NCBI GenBank assembly: GCA_963924565.1
Contig: OZ004613.1
Coordinates: 10,230,001-10,294,000, forward strand
Reading direction: 5' to 3'
Source: Ascidiella aspersa
Taxonomy: Eukaryota
DNA: 64,000 nt
Both the position numbers and the translations under genes were made by a program. Position 1 is the first letter of the stretch. Each line of letters opens with the position of its first letter. The notes beneath the pieces are model-generated. The model saw only the letters and a list, made by a program, of their open reading frames with translations, made no database searches and had not been told where the DNA came from. Shown here one piece after another: positions 1-11,100 of this stretch.

Positions 1-6
1 GCGCGC

Positions 7-290
7 AGTTTGCTACTCACAAAACCGTTCTTTCAACCTTTGTGCTAGTAGTAACGAGTGATAAACTCTTAAAACCTTAAAACAAACATTCCATGAAAAA
101 GTGACCAAACATGCTTTTTCTGAGCGAGTTTGCTACTCTACACAAACGCAGTGGTTTCGTATAAGTTCTCTTCGCATTGTGTTGCTTATGATCTCAACAC
201 CTTTTTTAAAGAACCATAAAACAAATATCCCTTGAAAACGCGACTGAATCTACTTGCTAAACGAGTTTGCTACGCCACAAAAACGAATGT
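7..290. repeat. Degenerate tandem repeat, ~120-137-bp unit, at least 2.3 copies (runs off window start)
   Basis: AGTTTGCTAC at 7, 127 and 264; AAAACAAA(C/T)AT..C..TGAAAA..G.GAC repeated in the units. Confidence 0.75.
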
Positions 291-1239
291 TGGCCAAATC
301 GGTCTAGCCATCTTGCATTTTAATCTGCTTCATTCCACGAGAATTTTTTGAGTCTCAAAAAAAGAGGACCTGCCTTTTTGGATGCGAGTTTTCTGGGTCT
401 TGCAAATCTCGGTCCCTCCATAACTCTGGTTATTAAGGGTCGTATAGGCTTGCACAACCTTATAATCTAATCGATACCCAAATAACTGACGGGAATCTAA
501 TTTTTCCGAGCAAGTTTGCTGCGGTTAAATATATCCAAGCAATGTGCTAACAATTTGCCTCGAATTTGCTGCCTGTTATCTTACGCTGTGCATCACCAAT
601 CCCAAAAGCACGGCTAACACTATCGGCCGGGACCGCCGTCCGCCCTCTGCGGAACGCATTACACGCCACGTGAGGCGAACGAAGCTCTCTGGTGAGCCGA
701 ATCACTAGCTGAGACAGCTGGTAATTGACTGACCGGGGCCTTGAGTTCGTCACATGGCTTCGAATACCACCGTCGCCAATTCCCAAAAGAAATTGCCTCG
801 ATTTATCGCAACCGCGCGAGCGTGTACCTAACCGCGCCGAGGCCAATTAGCGGCCCTTTTCACCTTCCCGAACTTTGCACCCCCCCCCATACCCCGAGGA
901 GCGGGGACGTGTTCCGGGTTGATTACACTAATTCCGCCAACGTATAGCGGGCCGAAAATCGATCGGGGATGTGTCTCACGCCGCACGCGACATGATTTTC
1001 GATTGGCGATAAGGGCTAATGATATACGGGAGGGCCACAGTGTAGGAACGGTGGTTATTGTATGAGGTTGTTCGATCGGAAAAGACTCGCGTATAGATCC
1101 ACCGACGCCACCTTGGTTCAGTCTTGTAATGACTCGTGTCTATAAGTGACTGAAATGCGCTTTTGTGCCACTATCAATTGGCTTGTCTTGACACACGTTA
1201 TTTGGGCAAAATGATTGACTTGAATCTGGGCGTTTAGAC

Positions 1240-2384
1240 CAAGGGTCACCAAACTAAAGCATGCGGGCCAAATGCGGCGCGCGGTTCACATTTCCTAATG
1301 ATACCAAAATACCGGTATATAACGAAAAAGTTTGCCGAATGCGAATTTAAGCAAACTGTAATAAATTTTTTTAACTAAACGACATTTTCATAGGGGGAAT
1401 TATATATTAAAAAAAAATCCTAGTGTTTTCTTCTTTTAATAATATGAAACAAAATTTAATATTCGGCCCGCAATCACAAGCCATTACAGTTATCCAGCCC
1501 TTTGTGGATAAAGTTTGTTTTAGACAAATTTTACTATTAAACGTAAAGCAGCTCGGTTTCTGTTTGTTTTTATGGTTGAACTTAATTTATTAAAATATTT
1601 TAATTAGATGTTTCTACGTGAAACTGGCAATAACTCTGGACCAGGATTTAAAATAGTTTTCAGATGATTTTATTTTATTTAAAGCACTTTTTTTTAGAAA
1701 ATTGTTGTACATTTTATTCGAAAACAATGTTATTCAACGAAATGTTGAAATAGAGTTACGGCCCACCAATATAATTCATCCGGCCCGCCTCCGTTTAGAC
1801 AAAATATCTTTAGGCACAATGCCATTTCTCATACTTTTTGCCTATTTTACCTTCGTAAATGCGAAACAGTTTTGCTCTTCACGCGAATTTTCTTCTTGTA
1901 TCTCGTTTGCTCGTTTAATCTTTCCAGCTTAATGGCGCCGTGCTTACCCGGGTACTATCAACCTTAGAAGTTTGCTAACTCAATGTGACTAAACGCACTT
2001 TGTTGCGCTTAGAACCAAATAGTTTTTTTAAGCATAAACATAACATCGAATGCTTAACCGCCCTATATATATTACACTATGAACTAAATTAACTTTATCG
2101 CGCAATTTTATGTTTTATTGTGACCATGGATGAGGCCGTGTGGACTCATATTTTCGAACAAACAAAAGCTTCGTGCTTCGCGCAAACACTTAACTGCCTC
2201 CTATAATGTATTTACCAAATTTTTATTTGCCAAAAAAATGCGAGGTCCGCTTGATGCAAAGTTAATTGGTCTAAAAAAAATGATTGAAAACTACACGTTT
2301 TAATAATAAATTCACAGTTCGAATTTAGTGCGGCCCGCAGAGACCTTTTTGAGTTTCGTTTTGATCAACGAGGGCCGACCCCTG
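1240..2384. mobile_element. Old non-autonomous hAT-like element (possibly composite)
   Basis: Left end CAAGGGTCACCAAAC, right end GCCGACCCCTG; flanks GTTTAGAC/GTTTAAAA (6/8); GGCCCG subterminal motifs; right end resembles 35155-35229. Confidence 0.55.
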
Positions 2385-2482
2385 GTTTAAAACTTGATTG
2401 TAATTCGCGCGATTATTCGGTATGTTCCAGTCACAGAAACGGTCGATAATCGAAATGTGACAGAGAAATTGTCGATATAGTC

Positions 2483-2843
2483 CAGTGGTTCTCTACCTTT
2501 TTTCTTTCGTGGCCCATTTTCGTTGCACATAAATTTTGTGGCCCAATAATTTTTTATGAAAGAATAAACTATAAAAAAGGTTTAGAACAAAAAAACTGTT
2601 GAGCATATAACAAAACAGATTATTGTTTATTCAACCGTGCATTAGTGAGGTACTTTCTTCTGAACAATAAATTTACGTTTCATTTACATTCCAAACCATT
2701 ATTCCTGTAAAATTAAGTATAGTGACACAAATGAAACTAAATTATTCAAATAAATCTAGCTTTTTTAAATTTGTCTTTTTTAAACACCTAATAAGCTTCC
2801 ATGGCCCACCAGTGAGCCATGGCCCACTGGTTGAGAACCACTG
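2483..2843. mobile_element. hAT (Charlie/Buster-type) MITE
   Basis: TIRs CAGTGGTTCTCTACC / GGTTGAGAACCACTG; perfect 8-bp TSD ATATAGTC; subterminal GGCCCA repeats. Confidence 0.93.
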
Positions 2844-4153
2844 ATATAGTCGAAATGTGACTAAGAAGTTGTCGATTTTGTCAAACTAAATCCAAATATC
2901 GGTGTTTGCTGTGACCCCCCTCTCCCTAACTTTTGATCAAATAAATGCGAACAACTTTTGTCAAGTATAATTTAGGCGTCGCTTACAAATATCGTAATAA
3001 ATAAAACTACCAGTAAAACTCCAAACTGCACAAAATTGCAAATCAAATTCCAAAAACGTTTGGTTTCGCCTTGCATGACACCCGTCAACTTACTGCATAT
3101 GAGCATAATCTTTGAAAAATAGCTGAAAACGATATCTAAATAGATTTACCGCGAAATGTAATTACAGCTTTCAATCGTAACATTAACGATAAATAGGGTT
3201 TATTGTGTTTAATGCAGTAATAAAACTTACGAAAAAAGTATAAATTCTCTAAAATCATAAATTATGGTTAACAACGCGTAAATAAGCATGTCCGTTAAAG
3301 TTCTAAATTCAACCACAATTCGGTTTCAATTAGTAGCAATGTTTAACGTGCCCTAAAGACTAAATTAAAAAACATTTATATCTACTTTATCCTGAATATA
3401 ATCAAAAGTAGGATACTTAAAATTATTATTAACGAGTTGTGTCTTTCATTTTTGACAGTCCGCTATAATGTTTGTCATATGTCAAAGAACAAAAAAGCTT
3501 TATATAAATACTCATTTTTCCGTTGCCTTTCAGTTTAAATACCACACCATAACGCACTGGGCAAAGGGTTTGACTCAATTGACTGCTATACAAATTTCAG
3601 ACCACTTAACCATTTTTAAAGCTTAAACGATTTAACATGTAACTATGGTTCTTTAAATGAATTGCAACACTGAAACATTACATAGTTGCGACACGCATGA
3701 GTCAGCCATTGTACGTTGATTAAATATTAAACAGCTGCCAAACTGAAACAAACCACATTAGCAAACGGCGCATCCAGAAAATTTACTGTATCGCTTTGTT
3801 CGCCATGTTGTTCGATTCCCTAGCACTATATACTTAAGTTATGATCTCATTCTATTCATTATATTGCCATACCTAATTAACGCAACCAGATGAACGCTAT
3901 AATTACGATATTCGAGTTCAATTGTCGTGGTTATTACTAAATTTTTAAACTAGAAATAATATGTAGACATGAATTCAAAATCCAATAATCCTCCTTTTAA
4001 ATTTCTCTGTTAAAGTTTAAGTCTAAATAAATTTTGGAAATAAACTACACTTGTCTTTCGTTTTTTGAAACATTATGTTTATAAATTTGTATTAATACTA
4101 GAAATTTACAAAATATTTGTAACTTTTTATCATTTACATCTAATTCTATGAAC

Positions 4154-4581
4154 TAGTGTCGCCACGATAAAGCAAATGCAAAAAAATGACCGCATTTGGT
4201 TTATACCAGAGTATCAAGAGTACCCGGTAATATCAAATCAGAGCCAAAACCCGATGCCAAGTGGAACTATCGGTACTCGTCCGATACTAGGTTAGTATCG
4301 GTGTCGATCTGATACCAAATTGTGTTTGAGCGTTTCAGTCATAGTTTTCGAGCTAACGCAGCGATTCTTATTTGAAGAGTTTTACCAACTGGGAAATATC
4401 TTAACGCTATACAGGAAATTTGGCCTGGCAACCTAGACAAAAAACTGAGTATGAATTTTTGATTTAATCTATTTGGCATATTTGAGCATACTAATGACGT
4501 CATTTGTCATCGGTTCGATTCGTGATATTTTTTTAAAATATCGGATATCGGTATCGGAATAAAAAGTATCGGAAATCCCTA
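4154..4581. mobile_element. ATCGG/GATAC-motif non-autonomous DNA element
   Basis: Ends TAGTGTCGCCACGATA / TATCGGAAATCCCTA; shares TATCGGTACTCGT(C/A)CGATACTAG with ~25507. Confidence 0.6.
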
Positions 4582-4589
4582 GTTTAAAT

Positions 4590-5321
4590 CAGTGCTTTTC
4601 ACCTTTTGTTCAAGGCCCGGTTCGATTTAACCATTTTTTTCATTGATGAGGCCTACTTACACCAAACATTTACAACATTAAAAAAACATTTTTTTTTTTT
4701 TTTTTTTTTTTATGAGTTTTTTTTCAATAAACATATTGCATTTCAAAGTTTTTTTGAACTCTTCTGAACGTTCCGGGAAATTAACACAGACCACAACACT
4801 GTGCAATGGCAAAACGATTACCACAAAATGTAAAAAATGTAATACATTCAAAAGCAAAACCAGCAAATCTTTGCCACGAGCAGTGTTTCCGGTAGGCAGG
4901 AACTGGCAAAAAATGATTCATGTCAAATAAAATAAAAGATTTACTATTTGCCCAACCAAAATCGAAATGGCTCGAAAAGCGCCCACGCAAAGAGCTTACG
5001 AAGCGCCGCTTTATACTCAGGGGAGACAGGGCGCGAAAACCTGGCGCCACTCCTGGCGGGCCTGCCCCGGTTCCGAACAAAGTCTCCTCCCCGTTTCAAT
5101 ATTTCATGACGGCCTGAAGCCCGAACTAGCTTCTTGTGGCTTTCAGCTGTGGTAATGCACCGGCCCGGGGTCAAACCCGGAGGCACATTAGAGAGAAAGT
5201 GCTTAGGCCGGTGGGCCGACTCGAACCTATTAAAACCGTATGCAATCGATGCGGTAATCTGCTTCATTATTTATTGAAACCTTAAGGAACCGCGCGCGGG
5301 CCGGCGACTGCTGCGAGCACT
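4590..5321. mobile_element. Probable degenerate hAT MITE (contains poly-T run)
   Basis: Left end CAGTGCTTTTCACC..GGCCCGG after GTTTAAAT; right end only approximate (GCGGGCCGG...GAGCACT); TSD not recovered. Confidence 0.4.
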
Positions 5322-7351
5322 TTGTTGATATTTCGTTTTGCAATACATATTTTCTTGTCGGTCTTTGTGTGTCTTGCCCGGGCCACAGCATTACGTGTCT
5401 TGTCTTGTACTCATTAGTAAGTGAGTCAAATGAGTACTTGGCAAGACAAGTAATCGATCCGAAGTGACAAACTTAAATTAAAATTTGTAGAACATAAACG
5501 ACGTGAACAAATTTGAGTAATCGGCGTATGATATGACTACACTACAGTGGCGAATGCCAACACTAAGATTGTGATCCAACATTTTATAGCTAGCAATAAG
5601 ACTTTTATCAAAAAAATATTATACATAGCTAAATTTTCACATTACAATATTATCCACACTGGATTTAAAACAGAATAAGCTAATAACAAAGTTTATTTTT
5701 TCAAAATGGGTTACCCTTTTATAACATTTAACAGTTGTTTCCTCGTGTTTCACTAAACGCCTTATTCAGACCAGTTGCCTTTTACTACATTATAAGTCAG
5801 AATGTAATGACGGTGAACTTTCACCTTTACCAAGTTTTCATTAATCTAGAAACTGTCGATTCTCACTTCAGATTGTGAAAATCTTAACTCTGCCTAAACC
5901 GTGTAGTTGTTTTTAAACGTAAATCTATTCTAACAACACAAAACCTCATTTCCTGCTGCCCAAACCGACCAACAAAGCACACCAAATAATTTGCGAGCCG
6001 GACACTATTTTTTCCTCGGGCGAGGCGTCGCGTCGCAAAAAAGCGAACAGAAGTAAAAGGGCGAATACACAAGACATGGGTAGACGCGTGGAACATGTGC
6101 GTCTCGTAAACGCAAAAGACCCCGCTGCATAATTCAGAAGCGAGCTGTTGGCGTGCTGGCAAGTATAGCGAAACGCCGGATAACACCGAGTGTATAGGGT
6201 CGCGTGCCCTCGTAAAACGATAAAATACAGCGGCGCCAGCGAATTGCCTTGGGGCGAGCGATAAAAATTTACCAACATAGAATGTGAACGATTTATTGCA
6301 ATATTGTCGGTCAATTTTTCGGTGTGCTTTGGCCCCGTCTGGGTGTTTTCCCGACGGTGGCTTTACTGGAAAACCACCGTATGTCTGAAGATATTGCCCT
6401 TGCACAGAAAATCATTTTATAAGTTTTCGCAATATTAGAATACACCTTATATTGCATTTCGGATATCAGTATGTTCGGTTGTAATTGCCTTTTAAAACTA
6501 AGTGTAAAAAATTTCTAAGCCGAGAACCCTTATAATTGCCATTTTACCCTACGGAGATTTATAGCAGTATAATAAGTTTGCCCAATCTATAGTTAAGGTG
6601 ACGCTTTGCGCTGCGCGTTCTTATAGATTAACAACGTGTATCACGTTTACTTGACGTACTGACGGTTTATGGAAGAAGAAGCATTTTGCAAAAACATAAA
6701 ACGGCTGAAATGCACGATAAATGTGTTGACGTTAAAGAAAGGGGCTGGCAGGCCCCGAAACAGCACAATGTAATCTACTACAGGTTTCTAAAAATACTTA
6801 CGAGACGGACTTACTATTTGGAAAGCTACATCTGAAGCAAAATATAATACGTCAATGTATTATACTATAGCAGTTTTACAACCCTGGAATATCCCTGTTG
6901 GACCAGAACATTGCGTCATAACCAAGAGAAGCGATCTTGGTCTATAATAGGTCAAAGCATATAGGTCGCAAGAAAGTGGCTGATCTTAGTGGGAATGACC
7001 AATTCCATTCTATGGAGGTTTCGCTTCGACCAATCGGCTTGAATTTTGCAGAATGGTCTCGTTGTTTAACTGCGTCAAATCATAATTTGTCGGAACAAAT
7101 ATAGTCTAATGAATGGTGGAATAATAATAATAAATTGGTATACCCAGGCAATGGAAGAGGCGGTACGATTATTATTGGAAAGAGGCGGTACGATTATTAT
7201 AAAGCCACTTAAGACACGAAATCACAAGATGGAACATTGGGTCGCAAAAAATGAGAAAAAAACAACAAAACAAATTTAAGAACGAAAGCTAAAAATAAAT
7301 ACAGCTCGAAACGGAAGAAGAAAAGAGACAACGAATCAAGAAGATAATGCG

Positions 7352-8132
7352 CTAAATGTAGCTCTCTCCGTCTCCGACGACCTGCTCCACTCGCAAGTCC
7401 ATTTCCGGGTGAGTCGTCTTCACGTTAAAAGTCGTCATTTCGTGCGCGCCGTCCTCATCGCCTTTCAAGGGCGCCGTTGCGGTCGCGCCTTTGCCGCATT
7501 CGCACAGGATCACGGCGCCGTTGGAACCGACCTGGGTCTGGCGCTGCCCCGGCGCCGCGGCTGGGACTCCCCCCTTGGCACCGGCGCCACGCTTCCGCCT
7601 CTTAAAAGCGGGAAAGTCTCGCAGGACGGCAAGCATCGCTAGTCGTTTGGAGATGGCTACGCGCTGCGGCGATGGCGACTCAGTGGCGGCGCTGACCACG
7701 CGGATGACGTCACGCCGCTGTTGGATGACGTCATCGCAGCTTGCGCTGCTGTCGGTGTTGTTGTTGTTGTTGATGTTTGCGTTGCAGCTTTGTGCGTTTC
7801 CGTTGGGAAGCGAGGTCTTCTTTTCCGGCGACTTGGGCGTGTCGTGGGCGTGCCGCGAAAAGCTGCAAGTCGCGTAAGTCGTCTTCACGTCCTTGTTGGG
7901 AGTCCGCAAGGTGGCGCCGCTGCGCGAGTGAGAGTGCGGCGCCCCCTTGTGGTCGGTGGAGGCGCACTCGGCCTCGCCGTCCACGTACACCTGGATGGTT
8001 TTTCGACGTTCCTCCTGTCTGCTTCCCGCCTCTGATCGCTTTTCAGTCGGACGCGATGCTTTTTGTCGGTCGTCGCCGTGCAGGCTGTACTTGTGCGTCT
8101 TGTAGAAGGCGCGCGCGTCTTTTCGGAACGAT
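7352..8132 (-). CDS. GPHR exon 18 (helix 8 + long C-tail, stop TAG)
   Basis: cgcgcag|SFRKDARAFYKTHK... continues in frame into ORF 7352..7990 ending VGDGESYI*; GC-rich. Confidence 0.92.
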
Positions 8133-11100
8133 CTGCGCGTTAAATAGCAACGGTTAAATGAGTCCTTGGCTTTTTTAAAATCTAGTTAAAAATGTACTTT
8201 AAATTGCTTTAACAAAGGGCTTTAACCAGTGGTTTTCAACCTTTTATGGTTAGCGGCACCCCTCAGAAATATTAATGGATTGCCTCGGCCCTACAAGATT
8301 TTTCCTTAGGTAAATCGCTGGAATGTCACAATAAACGAAACTGGAATAACAAACATGAACTCTACACACCGCAGGAAGTAATAAATGGATATATTCCACT
8401 CTAATGTTACACAAAAAGTTGTAAGAGTTAAGCAAAAATAAGATTCTTAAAGATTCTTAAATACCTCTCTACACCCTTAAGGATTAGAAATGGCACCACA
8501 GGGTGAAGCGGTACCCAGTTGAGAACCACTGGCTTTAACACTGTTGTTGTTTTGTCTCCGGTGAAAACACAAGACATAATGAAACATTTAAAGCTAACAC
8601 TCTCGACAAAAAAGTGACGCCAGCGTTAATCTGTGTGGTATTTGATCTGCTCGTGAAATGGCAACGGTTGAATGCGACCTTGGCTTTAAAGGCGACAAAT
8701 AGTGCATTAATTTTGTCGCGCAAATAAGCGTATATTGGATTTAAAAAATCGGTATTCTATCGTTCGCCTGGAACACTGCATTGCGGGTAACAAGGGTTTG
8801 AAGTGTATACTTTACAAACCCACACATAAGGTTCCAATAGATCGACCAAATGTAAATTACACATTGACATCGGTAAACCTCCCTCAAAATTTAAGGAGGG
8901 GCGGTTTTAAACAATATTTATTTGGATACTTAAATCGTACATTTCTAGAGGGCAACAAGTTTAGATAATAGGGTAAAAACATGTGTAATTCACGAAAGTA
9001 GTGTTTTCTCGGGCCATTTTATGTTTTATGCGTTTAACAAGCTTAGAAATATATTTTGTTTTAATTTTACTGTAGCAAAACAAAGTAGCTGACTAAATTT
9101 TACTTGTGTTAACGCAATGCAAAGGCGATAAATTATTATATTAAAAACAAAACTGAAAGATGAGAACAGAATACGAAAGTGTTATGTCGTGATACATCAC
9201 CACTAACAAGATACCTTAACTACCAGAATCGCCCAAGGGTTAGCATGGCTTGTTGGCGCCTTATAGCATGTCAAAAAGCCATTACAAACCCATAAAAAGT
9301 TCAACGCTACTCACTTGGTCAGAATGGCGTAAAGGAAAGGGTTGCAACAGGCGTTGAACGGGTAGCAGGCGACCAACAGGATTTTAGCAGTCGACATCGA
9401 CAGCAGGGGAAGTCCCGCCAGCGCGAACAGCGAAAAGAAACAGACCGGAAAAAAACAGGCGAAGTCGGTGAAGACTAGAACCGCCATCCGCTTTGCAACA
9501 CGAGCGTCCGCTGAGCGACTGTCTGCCGCCGCGTGGTAGCAGCCGTCCCTGCCAATGCAAAAGTTAAATGTTTATTGCTTTTTTCCCCTTGTGTTTTAAA
9601 ATTGACAATTTCGCCGCCCGTAACAGTTTCGAGTCGTATAGGTTTTTGATTTTAATAAATCGAGACGAATGGAAACAAACGTTGCTATTTTAGCGCGTCT
9701 GTATAGTTATCTTGTGCTTAAGGTATAAATTTTGGAAAAAAATTCCAGCAAATAGTAGTTTATGTGTTCATGGTTTAGTTTTAAAGTATCATTTTTTTCT
9801 TTAAACTTAGCGTTGAGACTTTGGGAAATGATGTTTATTGCTAATCTTTATAGTTCATGCGTTTTCATTATTCAAGATCACTGGCCAGCTAACTAGTATT
9901 TTTTTAATAGACAAACTTAGTAAACCTTCATAGCTGTATGGCGTGACGTATTCGTACGATTACCGCGATGTTAAAGTTTAAAATGATCACGTTAACCGCG
10001 GGAAAGATAGAGTAAAAAAACTAAAACAGCTTTCGTCACACATTTCTTGCTTTGCCAAAACACAAAATTCCGCTGTTCTTACCCGCTTGACGCCCGCGAC
10101 TTCACTTCGTCGATCGGTTTCTTCTGCTGAAGTTTGAAGAACTCCTTGATGCCTCTCTCGCGCCCGTTAGCGGATCGCACGATGGCGTACATCCACAGGT
10201 AGCTGCCGATTACAATCAGGAAGGCAATGATGTCCAACGACAAAATGGCGGCGATGTACGCTTTGCCTAAAATAAAAATAAAATGTTTTGAGATCGTAGC
10301 CCTTGATTGGATTCCCTAATGTAAAACCCGTCTGTAATTGCCTGCTCTGTTTGTAGCCGTATTTATCTGATTCTAATTCTAAAAAAACAGGTGACACTAA
10401 ACGACAAATTCTACTAAAATCTTAACAAGCTTTAGTATGACCGTGCTTCATCAGGCAAAGATTTTTTTACTTTGACCTTATGAAGCACGGTTGTGCGAAA
10501 GCTTGACGAGATTTCACTACAATTTATAATTTCCCGTGATCCTTTTATAACACATATAGCCTCAACGCAACTTAGTTGTCTAATTTGGATGCGGGCTAAT
10601 TAGAATTGATAACTACCACAAATTAAACTAGGTGTGCTATTTTTCGTTGCAATCACTATTATTTAATTTGGTTTTTAATGAACAGGGAAGTAATAATTTG
10701 TAATTTCCAAACCAAGTTGTTTCGCACAACACCTAGACTGGGCATTAAAAGTTGGTGGTTTAAATGCAACTTATTGTATTTTATACGGAAACGCATTTCT
10801 GTTTGTTTGTTGTTTATTAGTTTCTTTTAATTAAAAATGGTAAAAAATCGGAGTATTTTTAAATTTCCCTCTTATAAGGAAGACTTCAAGCCCTAAGTGC
10901 GTCTTGATTAAAGAAACTTCTATTTGAATAAGAGAGTAATGACGCCTTATAGAACTTATAAATGACTGACTTCGATCAAGACAGGAAAGTCTATTAGGAG
11001 TGTTTTATATTAAATATGCTAAAAAGTTGTCTAATTAGACGCATTTTAATGCGGTGCATTTCCTCATGCTAAAATCTTTAGGCCTATAAGGGCACTTCAA

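Noticed and set aside
5205-5265. Minus-strand GGTTCGAGTC B-box suggesting a tRNA
   Set aside because: The T-stem does not pair, and there is no A-box or cloverleaf.
5884-6405. 173-aa minus-strand ORF downstream of the receptor
   Set aside because: Non-ATG start and no recognisable domain or splice context; probably 3' UTR or flank.
7409-8157. Several overlapping + strand ORFs
   Set aside because: Antisense shadows of the GC-rich last receptor exon.
10440-10460. Hammerhead ribozyme core CTGATGA on the minus strand
   Set aside because: No stem II followed by GAAA; the motif lies within a simple hairpin stem.
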